Source: Gemmatimonadaceae bacterium
Lineage (GTDB): Bacteria; Gemmatimonadota; Gemmatimonadetes; Gemmatimonadales; Gemmatimonadaceae
Assembly: GCA_045803545.1 (NCBI GenBank)
Contig: JBJMOW010000006.1
Coordinates: 64,001-128,000 of the forward strand
Direction of reading: 5' to 3'
Length of the DNA stretch: 64,000 nucleotides
Below, one piece after another: positions 58,658-64,000 of the stretch. The position numbers and the translations under genes are program-made. The notes under the pieces were generated by a model, which saw only the letters and a list, made by a program, of their open reading frames with translations, was not told where the DNA came from and did no database searches. The number at the start of each line of letters is the position of its first letter. The stretch's first letter is position 1.

Positions 58658-59083
58658 TCAGGGTCCGGTCTTGTAGAAGAAATGCTCGTGGACGACCTTG
58701 CCGTCCTTCACGGTATACAGCGCCATCTCCTCCATCTGGTTGCGTTTGCCCGTCTGTTTCGCCGTGATATCGTAATTGTAGTAAACCGCGAACTTGTCGC
58801 CCTCACCAATAAATGGGCCTTCGACGGTGGCTGAATGCACGGTGTTGTTCTCGCTCCACCATTTATTCTTTGCGAAGATGGCGTCGATGCCCTTCATTTC
58901 GCGCGGCATGAGTTCATTTCCCATCGACTCAACGCTCACAATTTCGGGCGAGTAGACATTCTTGATCGCATCGGCATTGCGGCCGACTCGGCAGAGCGAC
59001 ACGAGTTCCTCGGCGACTTCCGCGGTACTGGATCGTGTGGCCGGCATGGGGGTTGGAGGGGTAGCGGTGGCGTTGGTGGTCAT
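58658..59083 (-). CDS. SnoaL-like / NTF2 domain protein
   Basis: YSPEIVSVE...EEMALYTVKDGKVVHEHFFY; AGGAG RBS. Confidence 0.85.
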   Translation of the reverse strand: MTTNATATPPTPMPATRSSTAEVAEELVSLCRVGRNADAIKNVYSPEIVSVESMGNELMPREMKGIDAIFAKNKWWSENNTVHSATVEGPFIGEGDKFAVYYNYDITAKQTGKRNQMEEMALYTVKDGKVVHEHFFYKTGP

Positions 59084-59187
59084 GAAGTCTCCTGTCGTTG
59101 ACCACTCCATAGTAGTGCGGGAACCGAACAGCGCCATAAGCTATTATCCAGTTCCAGGAAATGAAACAGACGTTCTAATCCACGATC

Positions 59188-60003
59188 ATGGCTGACCAAC
59201 GAACCAGACTTCGGGCCGTACTTGAGGAAAGTGAGATCGATCTTAGCGACCGCGCGGCCGAGCGGACGCGAGCTCTCGGCAAGGCTAAGGGCATCAAAAA
59301 GGCGGCAAAAGAGCAGCGCAAGCGGATCGAAAAACTACAGGACGTCTTCTACGCTGACGCACGCTTTGCCTTGCTGGTGGTGCTTCAGGGACGCGACGCA
59401 TCGGGGAAGGATGGCACAGTCAAGCACGTCTTCCGCAGCGTCAACCCAATGGGCTGCGAGGTCACCAGCTTCAAGCAGCCGACCGCAGAGGAGCGCGATC
59501 ACGATTTTCTGTGGCGGATCGAGAAACGCGTTCCGGCAAAGCGGATGATCGGGATCTTCAACCGCTCGCACTACGAGGACGTGATCGTACCGCGCGTCCA
59601 TCACGAGATCGGCGACGACAAGCTGCGGAAACGCTACGGGGAGATCAACGATTTCGAGAAGAATCTGGTCGAGAATTCGACGATCGTCCTCAAGTTCTTC
59701 CTCCATATCTCGCGCGACGAGCAGAAAAAGCGGTTGATGGAGCGGCTCAAGAATCCGAAGAAGAACTGGAAGTTTCGGGCGGGAGATCTCGACGACCGGG
59801 CGCTATGGGACGAGTACACCGCGGCATATCACGACATGATCGCCAGCTGCAGCACTCGCTGGGCGCGCTGGCTTATCGTTCCCGCGGATGACGAAGATGC
59901 GCGCAACCTTCTGGTCGCTCGGACCATTGCGGATACGCTCGATCGATTGAAGCTCCGCTATCCGCGCATCGATCCCAAACTCAAAAAACTGAAGTTCGAG
60001 TAA
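59188..60003 (+). CDS. ppk2: Polyphosphate kinase 2 family (probably class III)
   Basis: QGRDASGKDG, SFKQP, HDFLWR, FNRSHYE and KFFLHIS. Confidence 0.92.
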   Translation: MADQRTRLRAVLEESEIDLSDRAAERTRALGKAKGIKKAAKEQRKRIEKLQDVFYADARFALLVVLQGRDASGKDGTVKHVFRSVNPMGCEVTSFKQPTAEERDHDFLWRIEKRVPAKRMIGIFNRSHYEDVIVPRVHHEIGDDKLRKRYGEINDFEKNLVENSTIVLKFFLHISRDEQKKRLMERLKNPKKNWKFRAGDLDDRALWDEYTAAYHDMIASCSTRWARWLIVPADDEDARNLLVARTIADTLDRLKLRYPRIDPKLKKLKFE

Positions 60004-61335
60004 TCAGCCTGCAGTCAGCGGCTTGACGCGCGGTAGCGTGAAGGAGAAAGTCGTGCCGGAGCCAACAGCGCTATCACACCAGATGCGTCCGCCGTGGGCG
60101 TCGACGATTCCCTTGGCGATTGCAAGTCCCAGCCCTACGCCACGCTTGTCGTGACGCGCCTGCCAGAACTGCTCGAACAAATGCGGAACCTGCTCCGCTG
60201 AAATGCCGGGGCCCGAGTCGGTGACGCAGAAAGTCACGTCGTTCTCTCCAACAACTGCGCGCACGGTGACGTTGCCATCGACAGGCGTGAACTTCAGCGC
60301 ATTGCCGACGAGGTTTCCCAATACCTGCTGCATGCGCAGTGGATCGGCGCGCACGAATAGATCGTCGTCGGGAGGAATCACCGTCAGAAGAATGTGGCGT
60401 TTCTCCGCCCGTGGGTGGAACGCCTCGTCGGTCTGACGGAGAATAGCTGCCACTGCAAGTTCTTCCACATCGAGCGACAACTTGCCGGATTGCATTTGCA
60501 CGGTGTCCAGCAAATCACCGATCAGCCGGTTCATCTGCTTGCCGGCACGCTTGGCAATCTCGAGGATTTGCTGACGTCGCTCGGGCTCGAGGTTCTCTTC
60601 GAGCAGCTCCGTTGAAGTAACAATCAGACTCAACGGATTTCGCAGATCGTGAGCGACGACGCCAAGCACTTCCTCGCGCGCCTGGGCGATGAACTCGGCA
60701 GATTTTCTCCGTTCCTGCTCGGCGTCGTAACTGCGTGCGCGCGCCAGCGCGGTAGCGGTCACTTGCGCCAGCAGCGAAGTGAATGGGCGATCGGAGGCGC
60801 CAAGAGCGGCAGCCTCCTTGAAGTGAAGCGTTATCGCACCGATGGTCCGGCCGGTGTGCACCAGCGGCATCGCGATATAGGTCTGCATGTCGGCGATCTC
60901 GCTAAACCCGGCGTAAGTGCCTCCGTATCGTTCCTGAAACTCCGCGCCCGACTCCAGGGAAATCATTGCACCCCTGCGCAGCGCATCGACGACCGGGACG
61001 TCAGTATCGAGAGTAACGGTATCCAGATAGGAGATCAGCGCGGGACTGAAGCCGCTCGAGCCGAGGATGTGGATCTTGTTGTCTTCCAGCGAGATGAGGA
61101 TGCCACGCGCTGCTTCGACCACCGCCAGACCTTTGCTGAGGAAGACGCGCGCTACGTCGTCGACAGATCGCGCCTCGGAAAGAGACGTGTTGAGGTCGAG
61201 CAGCTTCGTGGCGCGACTCCTCACGCGATCGAGCTCTTCGCGGAGTCGCGCGACCTCTGCCGATGATTCGGCGTTCAACTTCGCAGGACGGTCCGCAGCG
61301 GCGCTCGTCACTTCAGGCGATTGTTGCAGCTTCAA
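60004..61335 (-). CDS. GAF-sensor histidine kinase
   Basis: H-box AHDLRNPL, N-box NLVGNALKF, DSGPGI and GLGLAI. Confidence 0.93.
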   Translation of the reverse strand: MKLQQSPEVTSAAADRPAKLNAESSAEVARLREELDRVRSRATKLLDLNTSLSEARSVDDVARVFLSKGLAVVEAARGILISLEDNKIHILGSSGFSPALISYLDTVTLDTDVPVVDALRRGAMISLESGAEFQERYGGTYAGFSEIADMQTYIAMPLVHTGRTIGAITLHFKEAAALGASDRPFTSLLAQVTATALARARSYDAEQERRKSAEFIAQAREEVLGVVAHDLRNPLSLIVTSTELLEENLEPERRQQILEIAKRAGKQMNRLIGDLLDTVQMQSGKLSLDVEELAVAAILRQTDEAFHPRAEKRHILLTVIPPDDDLFVRADPLRMQQVLGNLVGNALKFTPVDGNVTVRAVVGENDVTFCVTDSGPGISAEQVPHLFEQFWQARHDKRGVGLGLAIAKGIVDAHGGRIWCDSAVGSGTTFSFTLPRVKPLTAG

Positions 61336-61382
61336 ACTCCCGGTAGTGGGATAGCCCGTGTCAGCCCGTATAACACTCGCTT

Positions 61383-64000
61383 CTAACCCGTGTTCCGCAA
61401 GCCTTGAGCGATGCCGCTCAGCGTGGTGGACAAGGCATTTTCAATCGCTTCCTTCTCGCGCTCGTCGGCACCAGCGCCCGTCCGCTTCCGACGCAACAGA
61501 GATATCTGCAGCAGCGACAGCGGATCGACGTAAGGATTCCGCAACGCGATCGCCGACTGCAGGACCGGAATATCATCGAGCAACTGTCGATGCCCCCGAA
61601 TCAACAACAGCGATTCGACAGCGCGCTGGTATTCCTCGATCAATCGCTCAGCCAGCTTGATATCCGCGCCAAGATGTCGGATGTAAGCGCGGGCGATATC
61701 GACGTCGGTCTTCGCGCAAACCATCTCCGCCTTGCCGAGCATGTCGTCGACAAACGGCCACGCCGACGCCATCCGCTGCAAGCGGCGCAGTCCCGCGCGT
61801 GTTGCGACCTCTTCACCGAGGGCGGTTCCGACGCCGAGCCAACCGGTAAGCATCAGGCGGATCTGGGTCCAGCCGAAACCCCATGGTATTGCGCGAATAC
61901 CTTCGATTCCCGCTTTCGCTCCGGGTCGATAGGCGGGACGTGAGCCGAAGCGAGCGTTCGCGAGCTCGTCGATGGGTGTAGCCATTCTGAACAGCTGAAA
62001 CAGCTCGTCGTTATCGTAGACCAGATCGTGATAAACCGCGCGCGACCGCGCAGCGACGCGATCCATCACTTCGCGAAAGTCTTCGACTTCCTTTACGCCG
62101 GCCGTCTTGCGCCAGTCCGTGAATTCGTGGAGCAGCACACCCGCGGCGGTGACTTCCAGTGTGCGCTCCGCTACGGGCAACAATCCGAATTGCTGCGAGA
62201 TGATCTCGCCCTGCTCGGTGATCTTGATCCGCCCGCGCGTAGTGCCCGGTGGAAGTGCAGCGAGGGCTCGATAGACTGGTGATCCACCGCCCCGGCCGAC
62301 GCTGCCTCCGCGCCCGTGAAACAGCGTCAGCTCGATTCCCGCTTCGTCGAATACGTCGGCCAGCGCCTCCTGCGCGCCGTAGAGCGCCCAGGACGACGCG
62401 ATCATACCAGCGTCTTTGCTCGAATCCGAGTAGCCGATCATCACTTCCTGTCGGCGGCCACGCGCTTCCAGCTGCTTCGCGTACAGGCTGTCATTGAGCA
62501 GCGTGCGCATGATCCCGGGAGCGTGCTCCAGATCCTCGAGTGTCTCGAACAACGGCACCACGTTCAGGCGCGACATCGGCGTCTTCCCCGCGAGATCCAC
62601 CAATCCCGCTTCCCGAGCGAGCAGCAGCACCTTTAACAGATCGTCGACGGAGCGCGTCATCGAAACGATGTACGTAGAGGCGGCTGCTTGCCCGGCCTCG
62701 TTCTGAACGGTCCGAATGGCGCGGAAAGTGTCTATTACTCGCCTGGTGTCGTCGGAAAGCTTCCGATTGCTCAGCAGCGATCTGTGTTTCTCCGAGAGCA
62801 GTCGCCTGAGCGTCGCGGTTTCGTTCTTCGATTTCTGCCGAGGAAGTATTTCTGCTACCGCTGCGGTGTGAACGTCGGCGTGATCACGAACATCCATCAT
62901 CAGGCCGTGAAATCCATGGGCGCGCACTGTTGCCAACAACGGATCAAATGTGGTCCGACACGCCTGCTCCGCGCCTGCGCGGAGTAGGGCACCCCGAACC
63001 AGCATCAGGTCCGCTTCAAGCGCATTGACGTCGGGGTATGCGGCTCGCTCGCGCCGTGGACGGCCGGCATCGCGTGATGCCACCAGGCGTCGCGTCGCCT
63101 GGAGACGCTCCTCGATGAAACTGAGCTTGAGGCGGAGCGGTTCTTCGGCGTTCCGCCAGCGATTCTTCTTCCAGATCTGCGGTAGCAGCTTGCGATCTTT
63201 TTCCAGTGACTTCGTGAGATCCTCAGGTGGCTCAGCGATTGACGACGCCAATGAAAGGCGTCGCGTCAGCTCGTCAACCGCTTCGATGTAGCGGCCGAGA
63301 ATTACGTGACTCGCGCGGCGCGCGGTCGCGACGGTGATGTCGGGCGTGACGAATGGGTTTCCGTCGCGATCGCCGCCGACCCACGTCCCGAATCGCAGCG
63401 GCACTGACAATCGGAACGAGTCGGCAGAGCGCGCAAATTCTTCTTCGAAAGCCAGCGCGAGGGTCGAGTGCATGTACGCGCCGGCTTCGAGCAGCCGTGT
63501 CTCCAGATACCAAAGTGCAGTGCTAACTTCATCGAGCACTGTTGGCCGATCCTGCCGTACCTCGCTCGTCAGCCACAGCAGCTCGACCTCGCCTTCGAGC
63601 GTCTGTTCGATGAGTCGGACAGCATCAGCCGGTGCCGACTCGCGCGCGAGCAAACCAGATGCAACTCGAGCCTGCAGGCCTAGCAGGGTTCGTCGGGTCG
63701 ACTCGGTCGGATGCGCTGTCAGCACCGGGCGGATGTCGAGCTTCAGCATCGCCTTTTCGATATTGTCGCCACTGGCACCGACGCTCCGCAGCTGCTTCAT
63801 CGTCCAGCGCGCCGAAGCGGCCTGAGGCTCGACGCCGGACTTTCCCAGATATGCGTTGCGGCGCCGTACGCGGTGGGTTTGCTCGGCGGTGTTGATTAAA
63901 AGGAAGAACAATGTGAAGGCACGAGCTGCGACCGCGCACTCTTCGACGGTCAGCCCGTCAATAACCCGTAGAATCTCTTCCAGCGTAAGGGCACCAACTT
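61383..64000 (-). CDS. ppc: Phosphoenolpyruvate carboxylase, 5'-truncated by the window edge
   Basis: VLTAHPTE, GGDRDGNP, EVMIGYSDSSKDAG, FHGRGGSVGRGG, RAIPW and terminal RNTG; the frame stays open to base 64000. Confidence 0.97.
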   Translation of the reverse strand, partial: VGALTLEEILRVIDGLTVEECAVAARAFTLFFLLINTAEQTHRVRRRNAYLGKSGVEPQAASARWTMKQLRSVGASGDNIEKAMLKLDIRPVLTAHPTESTRRTLLGLQARVASGLLARESAPADAVRLIEQTLEGEVELLWLTSEVRQDRPTVLDEVSTALWYLETRLLEAGAYMHSTLALAFEEEFARSADSFRLSVPLRFGTWVGGDRDGNPFVTPDITVATARRASHVILGRYIEAVDELTRRLSLASSIAEPPEDLTKSLEKDRKLLPQIWKKNRWRNAEEPLRLKLSFIEERLQATRRLVASRDAGRPRRERAAYPDVNALEADLMLVRGALLRAGAEQACRTTFDPLLATVRAHGFHGLMMDVRDHADVHTAAVAEILPRQKSKNETATLRRLLSEKHRSLLSNRKLSDDTRRVIDTFRAIRTVQNEAGQAAASTYIVSMTRSVDDLLKVLLLAREAGLVDLAGKTPMSRLNVVPLFETLEDLEHAPGIMRTLLNDSLYAKQLEARGRRQEVMIGYSDSSKDAGMIASSWALYGAQEALADVFDEAGIELTLFHGRGGSVGRGGGSPVYRALAALPPGTTRGRIKITEQGEIISQQFGLLPVAERTLEVTAAGVLLHEFTDWRKTAGVKEVEDFREVMDRVAARSRAVYHDLVYDNDELFQLFRMATPIDELANARFGSRPAYRPGAKAGIEGIRAIPWGFGWTQIRLMLTGWLGVGTALGEEVATRAGLRRLQRMASAWPFVDDMLGKAEMVCAKTDVDIARAYIRHLGADIKLAERLIEEYQRAVESLLLIRGHRQLLDDIPVLQSAIALRNPYVDPLSLLQISLLRRKRTGAGADEREKEAIENALSTTLSGIAQGLRNTG

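Overview
GC-rich bacterial chromosomal segment. The gene families (many Hanks-type Ser/Thr kinases, plug-only lipoprotein, pseudo-receiver AraC) suggest Gemmatimonadota, but that is an inference. I found no rRNA, tRNA, CRISPR array, integrase or transposase. The left ~18.5 kb is an accessory region. An intact amidohydrolase gene (18458-19660, - strand) is followed downstream by two orphan copies of its own 3' end (~7180-7655 and ~3801-3972). These copies separate three cargo blocks: (i) DUF2207, a beta-propeller lipoprotein, AraC, an S8 protease and an RCC1-repeat protein; (ii) dodecin, a membrane protein and a kinase-TPR protein; (iii) a HEPN-like protein and a Ski2-like helicase cut by the window edge, which is a candidate defence locus. 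The remainder looks like core genome: kinases, ArsR-SRPBCC, lemA/DUF2207, ClC-TPR, divergent ligD / ku-DUF72 (NHEJ), DUF305-LVIVD, an ECF42-type sigma/YciI/DoxX/MATE operon, a UvrD helicase with an inserted DEDDh exonuclease, ppk2, a histidine kinase and ppc (truncated). Non-coding signals: one promoter motif, TGTCGATT-N14-TCGTCG, lies upstream of the ECF42 operon, a separate doxX gene and ku. There is also a family of ~140-150 bp long hairpins built from heptamer repeats, and (GGGAAGC)n tracts between convergent genes and inside ligD. All calls come from reading motifs by eye; no database searches were run.
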